From assembly GCA_002633005.1 (NCBI GenBank), contig NMRA01000608.1:29067-93066 (forward strand): a DNA stretch of 64,000 nucleotides. The letters run 5' to 3'. Numbering within the stretch: position 1 is the stretch's first letter; each line of letters begins with the position of its first letter. The position numbers were made by a program, and so were the translations under genes. The notes under the pieces are model-generated. The model had not been told where the DNA came from. It was given only the letters and a program-made list of their open reading frames with translations, and did no database searches. Positions 51,208 through 63,786 of the stretch are shown one piece after another. Source of the stretch: Phoronis australis (taxonomy: Eukaryota > Animalia > Phoronida).

Positions 51208-54200
51208 ATTTCGTATTTTCACACTGTTAGATCTCAGCTATAGCTACTTGACGCAGCTCTTAGCTACTTGTTAGTTTACTGATCCTAGGCCTATTCTTAC
51301 TCTCCATGTTGGTTTACGGTTACACAACTCTTTATGGCTGCATCCCCGGGATTGTCCCCCACCTATTGCGGACGTGGGAGATGCGGTACACATATGGTGG
51401 CATCGGGAGCACGGGGGTGGCGGTGTTGGAGGCGATGGGGGGGGGGGNCCCCAATAATTTTTGCCTTCCTACTGGCCTGTTTATAGACCCCTCTTTCCGC
51501 ATACCACATTCTGAGGTCTGGAAGCCAACATATTGTCCACGGAGAAAGTTAGTAGTTGTATTTATTTATTGGATTTCGTCTATGTGAACTAGGGTCTAAG
51601 AACAATGCAATTTATCCCGCTAGAAATTCAAGGACCATTTTACCTGTAAACAACAGTTCCATATTCTTTCTCTGATTTAGAGAATAAAATGAGTTTCAAC
51701 GATCGGATACCTAAAATAAGAACGTTTCATGAAGAACATGCCTGTGACTAGCAGTGTGTATTTGTGTTTTTTCTTAACAAAATTTTCAATCCAAAAAGTA
51801 AAGTTCAAACGTGCCATTCAAACGTGGCGGCCATTTTCTTGGTGCCCACCCCCGAAAAATGAAAGTTAAAAGTTCTATTAATATTAAATTCCGCTTGCTT
51901 TGGAAATATATCATTTTCAAAGACGTTAGGCAATAGGGTTTGACAAATTGGATACATTACAAATCGGTTTTTTGAAAATTAAAGCCCAATTAAAGGTTGT
52001 CCACATAGATGTACGCGGAGCAATGCGAGTTCTAATTAAACAGTCTTGTCTCAAGGAGTTATTCTAGTTGAATCACTTGAAATATATACCAGCGAAATTA
52101 AGTTATTTGTAACATGCTTTTCTGCTATCAAACTACAACCAATTTGTTCGTCGGCCGAAGTCAGAAGTTCATCGACTATTCTCGTCTATTTTTGTGACCT
52201 GAGATCCCGGAACATCAAATCAGGAACCATGATATACGGCCTTGTCCTAGAAAACGTATTAATGCCACCTGAGCGTAAAACCGTTGTTATTTTGTTTGGT
52301 TGTCTTTGATTCACATTTGGTTCTTGTACAAATTTGGATGTCTATTGTTCTAATGTATTAGCCAGATATTGAATACAATTGTAAGTTGAAATGGTGAATA
52401 TGTCGCGATTCCCGAAGCGAGCACTAAGTGCCCTGGTAGAGTTCAGTAACGCTACGACCTACGATCTCGCTTCGCTAACATCTACACCAAAACCACAGTC
52501 ATGTTCTCATTTAAAATACAGGACGATATCTCATGTAATCTCGCGAAGTCTTGCTTTTTATCGAGGTCATGACGTTACTGAACTCTACCCAGATTTATGG
52601 AGAAGGTAATGCAAATTTTAGCAAACGGACCCGCTCTGGATTGGTAATAAATAAGTAAAATAAATATTTCTAGAAAGTGTATTTCCTTTATCGCTCTAGT
52701 GGGAAACCGTAGGCCTTCGCACCAACTTCGCAGGGTCGTCTTAGTATTCCCAGTCGAAATTTTAGTGGCAATATTTTCGCCAATTGTTTGAGTATCTTTA
52801 ACCCATTTAAGCCTGTATAGCAGTTTTACTTGTACTCCGATACTGCACATTCATTTTGTGTTTATGTTTACCCGACTTTTACTTCCTGTCAAACACGTTC
52901 GTCACAGTCGTTCCCGAATGAATCTCACTTCTGACTAAAATGGCAGTTTGACTCGGCTCCAGATCGTGCCTCGTGCAGACTTTTACGTTTTTTCGCCTTC
53001 GGATTTCGTTAGGATGCACCCATAGGTACTGATAGCTAGTTCATAACATGTTTTAACACCCTAATAACTGTTGAAATTAGGTGCAACTAGGTCTGTAAGA
53101 ATACACACACACTACGTTATACATTTATTTGTTACTTGTCGCAGTTCCGGAAATTCACGATGCTTCCAGACTTGTCATTTCTAAATTTAGTGAGGCCCAA
53201 CCTAGTTAGGAATAACTTATTTGCCCCAGAAACGTGACATGTGAATATGTTGTCTTTATAAATATATCTGTAGGTTTCCGAGGTTAGGGCGATTTCTACT
53301 AGGAACCCGCATATAAAATTCCTTGTGTGTTAGGGAGTCATTGTGTGGCAGGGTATACGGACGGACACAAATCGTATCCCAACGAATGCGACCATGATTG
53401 GTTGCCCGAGCTGACCACCATTAGTGCGCGTATACAGGCGTTCATATCCATAAACTAAAAATTTGAGCGGTTGGCATTTACAAAAACACAACAAATTTTG
53501 TTGTTTTGTAGTTCTCGGATCAGTTTCATGAAAGTGACTAAAAAGTTACACATGAATTCGGTTCTACAGACCCGCTTCACAGTTGCTGGGTGAGGGTTTA
53601 GCCAAGCAATTATGAGCGCATCACAATTTAGAAATAATTTACAAAATTATGTCTGTAACAACCAGTTATGGGTATATTCTCAGACAGTGGCAAAACGCGG
53701 GAGAAATTTGCAGCAACAACATATGTTCGTGCATTGTTGAGTGCTCGGAAAATCGCTGCCAAATAATACCACTTATTGTAATAAAAATAACCTTAACAGT
53801 CGCCCATTTTAGATCTCGATGAGTTGTACCTCATCATCTCACATAAGAAAGTCGAACTTAATCTTTCACGCACCGAATGGGCGTTCTCGCGGACAGCGTC
53901 TTTTCAATAACATTTCCCCCGAATTGCATCTATTACCAAGCGCCGCAATTTTTTCTTTAAACAATTTTCTTTCCGTTCTTTACCTGATACTCAATTTATT
54001 GTGTGGTATTTTTGATACATGCTTACTCGAGCCTCCTGTTAGAGAGTGGAAATAACTGTCGCTCTTGCGAAAAAATGTGTTTTTGTAGAGTGAATAAGTC
54101 TCTGCATGTCTATTACAGAAGGTTATGGTTTGTGGGGATAACTGAGTTTATGCGAGAAGCGCTCATGTGTAAGTGAGGAAAGAAGTCAGGACTGGCTACC

Positions 54201-54349
54201 CAGTCGTTGTCAATCAATGGGACAATCTGCGTGCACGCAACTCGTGCGTACACGAGTGTCTACAGTCGCTAGTGGTCAAGTAACTACAAGTAGATTTGGG
54301 TCCTACTGCGTCATATGAACGATTTTTAACCTTTCCTGCAGGCTTTTAA

Positions 54350-55547
54350 AGTCCTTCTTGCAAACTGCCCATGTGGTTCCAGTATCTGAAAATACTTACT
54401 ACATAAATTCTTATTTTCGACACCCTTTCTTTATATTCTTTTCGCCTTTCTTGCCAAAATCGATTTTTTAACAGTATTTGACCCTTCTCTATGAGCGTAT
54501 GATTACCGGTTGTCATCGGTTATTTCCGTACCCACATTTCCGGCTCATCAGTTCAGGAACTTGTCCTGAACGCCGCCATTTTTTCCTTGTAACTGAAAGT
54601 GCTATGGCTTGCTCGAAAATCTTCATTATTTTGTTTTATTAGTAATATATCGTGATTCGTTTGCATATGTAGTGTATTTATAGTTTGTAGTTAGTGGTCG
54701 TTGATTTTTTTTGGAATGTTACGCGTACTTAGTATGTTAAAATAGCATTGGTGTTTAGTTCCTTACGTAGGCGGGTCGAACCTAGGAANACGTCGGACAA
54801 ACGTTGCTACAAAAAAGAAACTTTGTTCAATTTTCGTGTTTTTTGTGTTTGTGGCCAGCGACCAGTTAGGCCTAAGAGTAGTCTTGGCGCAAAGCTGTAT
54901 AGGCCTACTAACAAGCTGTATTTGACAGTCTATAGTCTTCACTGGTAGCTGGTGACTGAGGCTAACTAAGGTCTGCCGCGGCAGTGTGACACAGGACTAA
55001 CCAGCCCGTAATTTCATACAAGTGTCTGAAACTACCCTTGAATATATGCAGCATTTATCATTTGACCATTTTACTTCGACAAAACAGCATGCAACCGCAT
55101 GCATTTACCGTTCGCCAGTGTCTGGTCTCGATCCGCACCGGGTCCGATATAGGCTGCGGTCCAGAGTCTGGCAAAATAATTTCTGTCAAAATTTATTCGC
55201 CACATTTCTTCAGCAAATTCCGTAAAATTGTCCGTAGTTTAATTTTATCAAAATTAAGGCGCATTGTCGATTTTTTTATCCCCGTTTGCTGGCTGGTAAC
55301 AGTACAGGCACTGCTCCAGTCGCACTGACGGCGTTTTCTCGGCCTGGGTTCCTGAATGAATTGTACTTCAGGGTTCGCGGCAAGTTCAAAATGGCGGTGT
55401 TTCTTCGGGTGCGAATCGTGAGTGGCGCGTTCATTTAAACTGTTTTTGAGTACGGATCGTGTATTAGTTATGGGGTAGGTACTTCTTGGATCCTTATAAC
55501 ATCTTCTAATCATGTAATAAGGGTTAACAACGCGTGAGAGAAGGACT
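54350..55547 (+). mobile_element. Family X element, shorter copy, in gene B intron 1
   Basis: TTAA at 54346-54349 and 55548-55551; same ends as 13094-15704; internal sequence missing around the n at 54789. Confidence 0.8.
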
Positions 55548-56769
55548 TTAAGGTGGCCGTACAAGAATCTAGCGTTCGGAGATCTTTCTAATTTCGCAGC
55601 TAGGTTCATTGTTTTGTCCAAGATTTTTACAAACTCTTTACGAAAACCCGTTTCACGAGGGCGCTAATACGAATGCGTTGCGAACATTGCTGGAAACACG
55701 CAAGATTTTCGGGATTAGGGCTCAGGAGACAATTTCAAAGCACCAATGGTAAGGAATTTCGTGTGACGAAGAAACGTAATTTATGCATTTCTGCCGTTGT
55801 TTTTTGTTTAGTATTTATCAGTCATAAATAATTAACGCCTACATTGCTAATATAACATAATCACTAAATCCAATTCATAATCAGTTGATCGTATTAAAAG
55901 CATTTGTCATCTGTTCATGAAACTTCCAATTTTTAACCATTTTTTGTACAAATATAATTTCTAATTTGTAATATTTGTTTGCTTGAAAATTTCAACCAAT
56001 GGCTGTGCTCCGCCTCGGTCATTATCCCATTTTGGGCGTCTGAAAACCGTTGACTTTAGTGAAACTCAATAATTATGGAACCTGAATGGAAAAACAATAA
56101 CCATGACCAGGGGGTAAACAGATGCTCAGCCGTCGATTGGAAAGTCTTATCGTATGATTACATCCGCTAAGTAATTCATGGAAGGACGCTATATTTAGGC
56201 ATTTGATCGTATGTCGATCACTCTTTCGGTCAGCGAGCTACCATTTTCTTACCCAAAACATTGTCTAGGGATTTTGAGAAATTTCCAGGAAAAGCTCATA
56301 AAGTACAAATGAATAATGGATTAATTTTTGGAAAGATTTCAAGTTTTACTGACATATCAACGTCGTTCTAAGCAGAACAATATCGACAAATGTCATTTGG
56401 TAATATCAAGACGATTGGAAGCTGCGTAACAGCACGCTCACCGCGTGTGCAAATGTCGCGTGCGCAAATGTCGCGTGTTCAGTGAAAGTCAGCGAACACT
56501 TCATCCTTTGAAAGCCGACTCGTTTTGAGTACTGTAGAGAAAAGCAATGACTCAGCGGAGGCATCTTTGATGGAGATTTACATTCAAGGAGTGGTTTATA
56601 TTTTACGGATCCGAATAAAACAAACGTGACGCAGAATCCAGATGCCATAAACTGCTAAAAGACTCCACTGATGCTATTCGGTTACAGACTGGCTGCGTTG
56701 CGGTAGCCAGCCAGTAGCTGTACGAAGACTCACGCCAAAATGAATGTATTCATAAACTTTTGCACCCAG

Positions 56770-57907
56770 GCTAGCGCAATTGTTACAATCTAACGGACAC
56801 GCTGCAGTAACCATTTGTATACATCGACAAAAGGTGCCGTAATTTGTAAAATCGTCCTACCACCGACACGAAACTGCGGGCAACTTTTGAAGTAAGAATG
56901 AAGGAAAGCAGAATGCCACACGACGGTTCCAGGCAACCTGACTGAGAACATAATTAAGTTAGGGCCACAGAACGACCGCCACAGCACTGTTTTATCTTTT
57001 CAGAAATGCCTCAAGTAGCTATCGAATATAAGGAGGGGTTCGCGAACTTTCAGGCTCGGAACCCGCTCCCCACTAAGTCATGAACTCCGAAATTTGTAGG
57101 ACCGGGGTTTCTTAAGAAGCCTTGTGGACGTAGCTACTAAAAACATGCGAATTTTCAAAGAGATCACGGACGTCTACACCTAGAGGTATCGCCATGCAAG
57201 TGCAAATGCATCCTTTATTGATGACGACCTGAAAACTAGCAGCTGAAGGAAGTGAAGTTTTTTTAATCCAGAACTCGACATACTGGCCTTGGAGTCAAGT
57301 ACCGCTTACACAAATCATTGATAAACGAAAAACATATAGAGCCCGTCAGATACGGAATAAGTGTACTATCGCTTGCTTCAGTCAAAGAAAGGGATAACTT
57401 CATTAACTGGGTGAACATATAAAATATAGAGGATAAGCTAATAGATATCCCTGAATACAGCGAGCTGGAAAAGGTTGATTTGCCTTTGTGTATCAGAAGG
57501 CAGTGCTGTAAAAACTTTGTGCAATTTGCTGCACTCCATGAGTAAAGTAAACCTTTGCCATGCGGCCACTTAATGAATTGCGAACGCTATGGCCTCTACT
57601 TCGTTAAAAGAGCTCCAGTTGAACACTGACAGCCAAAAATCAAGAATATAGCTTGCCGAAAACAAATCTGAAGTGGGTAGAAAAGAGTATTAACCAAAGC
57701 CATCCGGAAACCAAGTGGTGTCGTTCCATTTGCACCTTAGATTTATGACTTATCATGAAGACTAATCGAACCATTTTCAAAATGGACAAACATGCTTTGC
57801 CGAAGATTGTGATAACCAAGAACAAGAAAGTTCTTGTCGAATTTTATGGCAGTCAAATTCCTTCAAAAGTCGAGTATTTAATCCAATATATCCCTGAAAA
57901 ATTCTGA
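56770..57907 (+). pseudogene. Possible decayed spliced gene of unknown family in gene B intron 1
   Basis: Donor near 56890 and strong acceptor ttttatcttttcag (57003) are phase-compatible; protein-like frames broken by single stops (GVKYRLHKSLINEKHIEPVRYG..., KHALPKIVITKNKKVLVEFYG...). Confidence 0.25.
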
Positions 57908-59120
57908 AGAGCCCTTTTAAGAATGATCGTCGAATACAGGTTGCTGAAAAAATAAAACAGACAATGGGGTCATGTCACTTGTATGGTAGTTTAATAGATC
58001 CGAAAACTCAACTAACGCCGGAGCAATCGATGTGCGTCACTCTGTTCTATGCGCTATTTTTTCGGCCACTTGCAATAGAAATTGGCTGTGGTAAGAATGC
58101 CTGGGTGTCGTTGGAGTTCAGGGTCTGTGGTGAGGGTTTTTATCCTTCGAAACAGTTCTCCGGATGTGGTGCGTGTCCCTGGAAAGAGCTGGTTTCCACC
58201 CTCTGAGTTAGTCCCGTATGATACTTGAGTGGGACGACTTGACTCAGCTAAATTTGACGACGACGACGACATGATAACGACTTTCCATTCATTCTGTCTA
58301 GAATCCGACTGTAGTAAGCGACAAATCGCACACTAACTACACGTCCTGCAGTTGAGTTAAGTGAACGAAAATCATGGTCTGCGATGTAACTGAAACCTAG
58401 TACCCAATCTGATTGCCATGCACAAAATAATCAAACGTTTACAAAAAGTGTCAAAACACTACTGGGAAAGATCAAAACGCAATTTTACAAATAAAAACAA
58501 AAATATTAACAATATAGCACCGCCACACTGAAGAGACTTATTTTATTTTGTGATTACTTCATACGTACAGCTCGAAACCTATTCGTTCCACTTCAACACA
58601 TTTTTTACTTTGCTTGTTGTGCTGCGCCGAATAGGCCTAAGTTGTGAATCCGAACGACTGTTCTGCCTTTGAGGTATTTTGTTTAAATTTATGGACAGTC
58701 TAGTCCAGTTAAGAGACGAGAACGCGTCTATGCAACTACATGTTAAATGCCCTTGAACAATGTAGTTTTAGAGTTTGCACTCGCGTGCACTTAGATTAAA
58801 AGCTAATTGAGGAGTCGACATGACAACAACACAAGAATATCCCGCGTGTTTCGTGTCTGCCAGCGACGGACCGCAGACAAGCAATCTCCTTAGTTTGCTG
58901 CGTTAATTTTGACCAACAACTCATCTGAACAAAATAATGGATGCTCTGAAAAAAAAAAATTCATTAGAAATAGCATTTTAATTAATTACGAATGGGTCAT
59001 CAGCGTGCATAACCCTATGATTCTGTAGTTAAAATGTTAGAGTTAACTGTTAAAATTCATCAATTTTTGTAATGGTCTACTTTATTACCATTTTTCTACA
59101 GTTTAAGCCAGGGGTCTACC

Positions 59121-59151
59121 CATAGACATCATAATACATGTGATGTCTATG
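59121..59151. mobile_element. 31-bp hairpin insertion with 8-bp TSD (P-element-like termini)
   Basis: ggtctacc[catagacatca taatacatg tgatgtctatg]ggtctacc. Confidence 0.7.
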
Positions 59152-59900
59152 GGTCTACCTCTGTTTACAGCGCCACCTATACGGAAAAGAGGTCCGTGTG
59201 AAATTATAGACGTAGTGACTACGATGATGAACGAATGACGTAATTCCGTGAATGAGTGTCAGTGCACGTGTCTTCGTCTTTTACCTTACATATCGTGGGT
59301 ACGGTAGTGGGTGGAAAAGTACAGCGAATCGTTTCTTGTTTAGTTTATACGGTCTTATAAGACTTGCCGCGTGGGCCAAAATTCACGAGCTTGTGTGGAC
59401 CGATTTAATCTGTTCTTGTAAGTTGCAAAGGCATTTCTCAATAGACGAGGAGCATACTGATGCATTTCTCAAAAATTAGCCAATCAAATTATCCGAATGT
59501 TACATCGTTCTATTAACGAATGAGAAGTCATGTTACAGTATCTTTTCGGCCACTTTCATGTGAGACCCTGTACTACTATGAGTGTCTCACTGAAAAGCGA
59601 CTCAGTGTTTTGTTTTCTTTTTTGTCCGTCTTCACGTCTTTTTGTTATATTAGGTATTTAATTTGTAAGGAATAACAACGGAAATAAGTGTCTCACTTTC
59701 TGGTGTCATCCTGTTGCATGTAAATACTTTATTTTTTATCGTGTTTATTTTATCTGTCGTATTTGCATTTATCATGTCTCACCTTTACTGTCATTTTAGT
59801 ATACGGATTGTGTATGACCTGGTAAAATTAACCAATCAGGCATCATTAGAGTTAATACTTCATCTTATCTCCGTCAACATCATAACTGTATCATTTCCAG

Positions 59901-60024
59901 CAGCGTCAGTGCAGCCATACTCATGCACAGAAAGTTCTATGCAACGTTGCCTGGGAAACGTGTCGTCAGTGCAAGAATTACAGTTTCCAAGATACACGGC
60001 CGATGAATTAAAAAAACATTGTAG
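59901..60024 (+). CDS. Gene B exon 2
   Basis: tttccag acceptor (NAGNAG), gtaagt donor; AASVQPYSCTESSMQRCLG...PRYTADELKKHCR. Confidence 0.9.
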
Positions 60025-60246
60025 GTAAGTAAGAAGACAATACGAATCACAGAATCTTAACAGACTATTGACTGACCTCGATATAAATGCGTGTAGCTCG
60101 GATGCACCATCACTATCCGCAATCGATTTCCAGCTGCGACTAAATTATTCTTATTTTATATACCCCTAGAAGCATACCGGCGTAAGTTTGCGGTGCCTTC
60201 TTTGGTGCATATCAACACTTTGTGTTGTTTTTGTTATTACTTGCAG

Positions 60247-60374
60247 GGTGTTTAAGGAGGAGTCCAAAACATGTCTACTTGAAGTCCACCAAAACTGCAC
60301 AGGTGGGAGTGACTCGATAGTTGTTGCGGCCGTAACAGACATGTTTGACTACCTGTGTGGTGAAGGGTTTGACG
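60247..60374 (+). CDS. Gene B exon 3
   Basis: cttgcag acceptor, gtgcgt donor; VFKEESKTCLLEVHQNCTGG...DMFDYLCGEGFD. Confidence 0.9.
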
Positions 60375-60554
60375 GTGCGTTCACTGAGATACCTCGCGTC
60401 GGAAATATGTTGGTTTAACACCGCCTTCTAGCCTATTCCATGATGGCATGATGTTTCGATCAGTCATTTCTCTGGCCATTTTCAGGTGTTACTTCAGAAG
60501 AACGAGAACGGTTTTGGGGACATTTATGGTGGTCATTTGGATTACACTGTCATT

Positions 60555-60620
60555 GGCACGCGCGGGTTAGAACCTGGAACCATTCAGTGGCAGTCCTGTA
60601 CCACTGTCGCCATTAGATCG
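60555..60620 (-). repeat. Degenerate tRNA-like SINE head
   Basis: gatctaatgg...ctgccac...ggttctaaccc resembles A box, anticodon loop and B box; stems are incomplete. Confidence 0.3.
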
Positions 60621-60862
60621 ACACAGAAGATGGCTGGAGAAATGACCGTTCGAAACGTTGTGCCAATGTTAATAGGCCAGAGAGTGGTGTAAATGCAGAC
60701 GAAAAGATTTTAGTTATGTTATTACATCACCACCTTAAAGCGGTTTTAAGAAGCAACCCATAAGTAACTAGAGTACTTTGTCAATGCACTTTCGGTTAAA
60801 CATGGTCCTTCCTCCGCTTCAATTTAGTCAAAACCTACATAATATGAATTTAAATGAAAACC

Positions 60863-60937
60863 AATTTAGTCAAAACTGATTCTAAAGCATGCTAATCTAA
60901 TTTAGTCAAAACTGATTCTAAATCATGCTAATCTAAT
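60863..60937. repeat. 36-bp tandem duplication
   Basis: aatttagtcaaaactgattctaaa(g/t)catgctaatct x2, partial third unit at 60821. Confidence 0.85.
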
Positions 60938-62440
60938 AATGCTTCAACTTTTTCAGAATTTAAAGTGACAAGTTGCGTGTAGTATGTTGCGGGTCAACAC
61001 CAGTAAATTTGCAGCCGCAATGCGAAGCGGTAAACTAAAGAGCTTGTTTAGCATCAAGAGGTTATTTAGTACTAGTTGCAAATCGCGTTAAAGCAAACAT
61101 TTCATGCCTTTGAGCTTTGTTTTGGTATAGAATAGCTATTTCCAAAAATTGGATTTGACAGTCGTATTTTCTGTTTCAAAAATGGTCTCTCCTCTTTGTC
61201 TGTGCTACATGAGTGTAAGCCTCCAAAGCTGGCAAAGTGAACGTGAAGACAATAGAGAAGGAAGTGCCTTTCTCTTTGTTAATACATAATTTTCTTCAAA
61301 TAAGTGGAACCGCATGAGTGGAGTAGCCTTTATGATCTTAATACACAGCACATCATTTGAGATTTCGGATAATGTCTCATAAATACAAGACAATGCCAGA
61401 ATGGGAGTGCTATACTGGCCAAAGCTGTAATTTTTGCTGTGCTCAGTTGGATGTGGCAAAAGGTCAAGAACCCTGGACAAAAAATTGCACCCACACTGAT
61501 AGCGAACAGAATGCTTAAAGTGAGTTGTACCCAATACACTATATATAATACTACAAGGCATGACACTCCCGAACAGAAATTCCACGGGTGCTTCACTTCA
61601 GCCGTCCATATCAAACACAAAACTCAATAAATTTACACAAAACAGAATTTCAACAAACCATTACTAATTGTTCTTTCTTCTAATACCCGCCACGGTGTCC
61701 TGCTCCAGCCAGATCGCAACAAATTCGCGGTCAAAGCACAAAAATGCTCCCAAAAAGCCCACGCATCGAGCCTCCTTGGACGGTTCGAGGTCAAGGACGG
61801 TACGGAATTATCCGATGAGTCACGGATGGACGGCAATTGTCGGTTCATCACGGAAGCTTACGTAATCTCTGGAGTAAGCGATGTCGTGACACTCCGTGAC
61901 AAATCGGCAATTGCCGTACCGCAATTTTTGTCTTCATGGGATGATTTTTTCCGGAACCTTGATTTCGAAGAAAAAATCCGCAAAATGGCTCGCATGAACA
62001 GTTCTAATGAAAAAAATTACGAAAACGCACGTGCGAGCTGTGACAGAGAAAGTTCGATAGGTCTGGGCCAGGGGTCTAATATCTTTATTTGCAATCGAAC
62101 TCGAAATAATGTTTTTTACATGTTCCATTTTATTTTTTGTGCTAACTTAAAAACGTGTCTATTATTCTGTGCTCGAGTATCATACATTATGATTTATTCA
62201 CACGGAGTAAAATCTCGAAATTTCGACTTCAGACTCGAACTTTTAGCCAGAGTACTAGGGTCATCAAGTGCAAACTAGAGTGAGACTGAAGACAAAGTCG
62301 ACCATAAAATAACAGACACTTGAGTTCACAAAAAGTAGAACAGAACATGTCAAAAACAATTCCGACATGAGATCGATTTCGAGGAAAAGATTAGATCCCG
62401 GCTCCAGAGTTCCCACTGTTCATGTTTGCAGTATACATCA

Positions 62441-62699
62441 CATGCGTTCACCCAGGGGTAGGTGGGGGGCTGGAACGACCCCCCCCCCATTTGGCGAAGT
62501 AGGCAAAAAGGTCCGCCTCAAAGAAACAAAAAGTCCGTAAAATTAGAAAACGAAACAAAAGTCCACTAAAAAGGCAGGAATTATCCAAACTTGGCAAATG
62601 CACAATCCATAGCTCTGAGCGTACCCTGTGCATCTTAGTAAAAGGTCCATATTCTCAAAAATTCGAGCCCCTCAATTTTTTAGGCTGGGTGCGCGCATG
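62441..62699. mobile_element. MITE family Z inserted in a duplicated splice acceptor
   Basis: catgcgttcacccag / ctgggtgcgcgcatg, perfect 5-bp TSD catca (62436-62440, 62700-62704). Confidence 0.85.
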
Positions 62700-62751
62700 C
62701 ATCAGAAGTAATTAGACCCCGGACCCAGATTCCGATTGTTCGTGTTTGCAG

Positions 62752-62887
62752 TATACATCAAAAGTACAGACTGCATCGCCAATGAACTCAAGAAGCCGAA
62801 AATGATAAAATGCTTGGAAACTTTTAATGATCAGAACACACTGTTGCGAACATCGTCGGGTTCAAGTAAGCTGAAACGACTGTGCAG
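62752..62887 (+). CDS. Gene B exon 4
   Basis: gtttgcag acceptor, gtaacc donor; VYIKSTDCIANELKKPKMIKCLETF...SSGSSKLKRLCR; aligns with gene A exon 4. Confidence 0.9.
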
Positions 62888-63557
62888 GTAACCCGGCATG
62901 AAGTGATTGGTGTTTGTTAAATTCATAGAGAAAATAGAGGACTTCAGCTTAGAAATAGATGCTAGTCGTCATGGACGTGGCCAACTGGATTGACAGATTC
63001 ATGGCGGATCATTCTCGTGTAATGTGAAACACCATTTTCCATGATTTGACATAGAAACACATTCTCAGCAGATTTAAAGTTGTTGAAGAACTGTCTTTTT
63101 TACTATTTTAGTTGGCTTTGAATTGTTTGGAATAGAAAGGGGACACGATTTTGCGAGTTTGCACAGTAATATTTATATTTTTTTTGACAAACACGTTAAG
63201 GTCATTGGCATTTGATTGCTAACGTTTGAGACTTTCTGAGGATACTTATTTTAAGTTTCTGCAATTAAACTGTTGGCGATCACAAGGACAAGCGGCTTTG
63301 GAATATGTACTTTTTGTACCGGTACTTGGGCAGTCCTAAAGACCAGGATTCGAATGGATGCCATATGCCATGCAACGTGCTCGCTCTCAACTGAACTTCA
63401 ATTTTCTTATTCGCCTAACCAAGCTCCAGCCACTTCTCATCTTGTCTTTTGCTATTATTGGCGCTGTGTCGGAAATACTTGATTAACAGTGGTTCTTGGT
63501 GTGTGGTCTTTTCAAATATCCACACTATTGTTACGACAATAAAACATTTTATTTCAG

Positions 63558-63786
63558 GAACATCAACACTTTCGTCGGTTGTCATGTTGACGTTATCAAA
63601 CGAAGGTGCAGCAAGGAAGCCGGAAATCTTGTTGTTCAAATGGCCAAGAAAACTTTTTCTACTGTCTTCCGCCAGACGAACTCCAACTGTCCAATCAACG
63701 AAGCTGTGGGAGTAGCAGTTAGTCTGACGTCACTGCTGATTGTGTCTGTGGTGTGGCGGGTTGTGTGCTTGGGAGAAAATATATAG
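63558..63786 (+). CDS. Gene B exon 5 (end of module 2 and GPI-type signal)
   Basis: ttttatttcag acceptor; NINTFVGCHVDVIKRRCS...NCPINEAVGVAVSLTSLLIVSVVWRVVCLGENI-stop. Confidence 0.9.

Larger units (their letters stand above)
47490..51560 (+). repeat. Family Y repeat, copy 2, with later insertions
   Basis: Collinear with 1740-3995 once 48558-48821 and 49905-51207 are removed; also carries extra sequence at ~47590-48090. Confidence 0.75.

Noticed and set aside
54350-55547. Family X copies in both first introns as relics of the gene duplication
   Set aside because: Flanks differ and the copies are far more alike than the genes' silent sites, so insertions are independent and later.
59714-60028. 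ORF-track hydrophobic N-terminus as the start of gene B
   Set aside because: Begins at TTG, is intronic T-rich sequence before a clear acceptor, and gene A has an intron at the same position.
61205-62278. Cluster of 60-150 aa ORFs in gene B intron 3
   Set aside because: Overlapping on both strands with no recognisable domain; likely an unclassified repeat.
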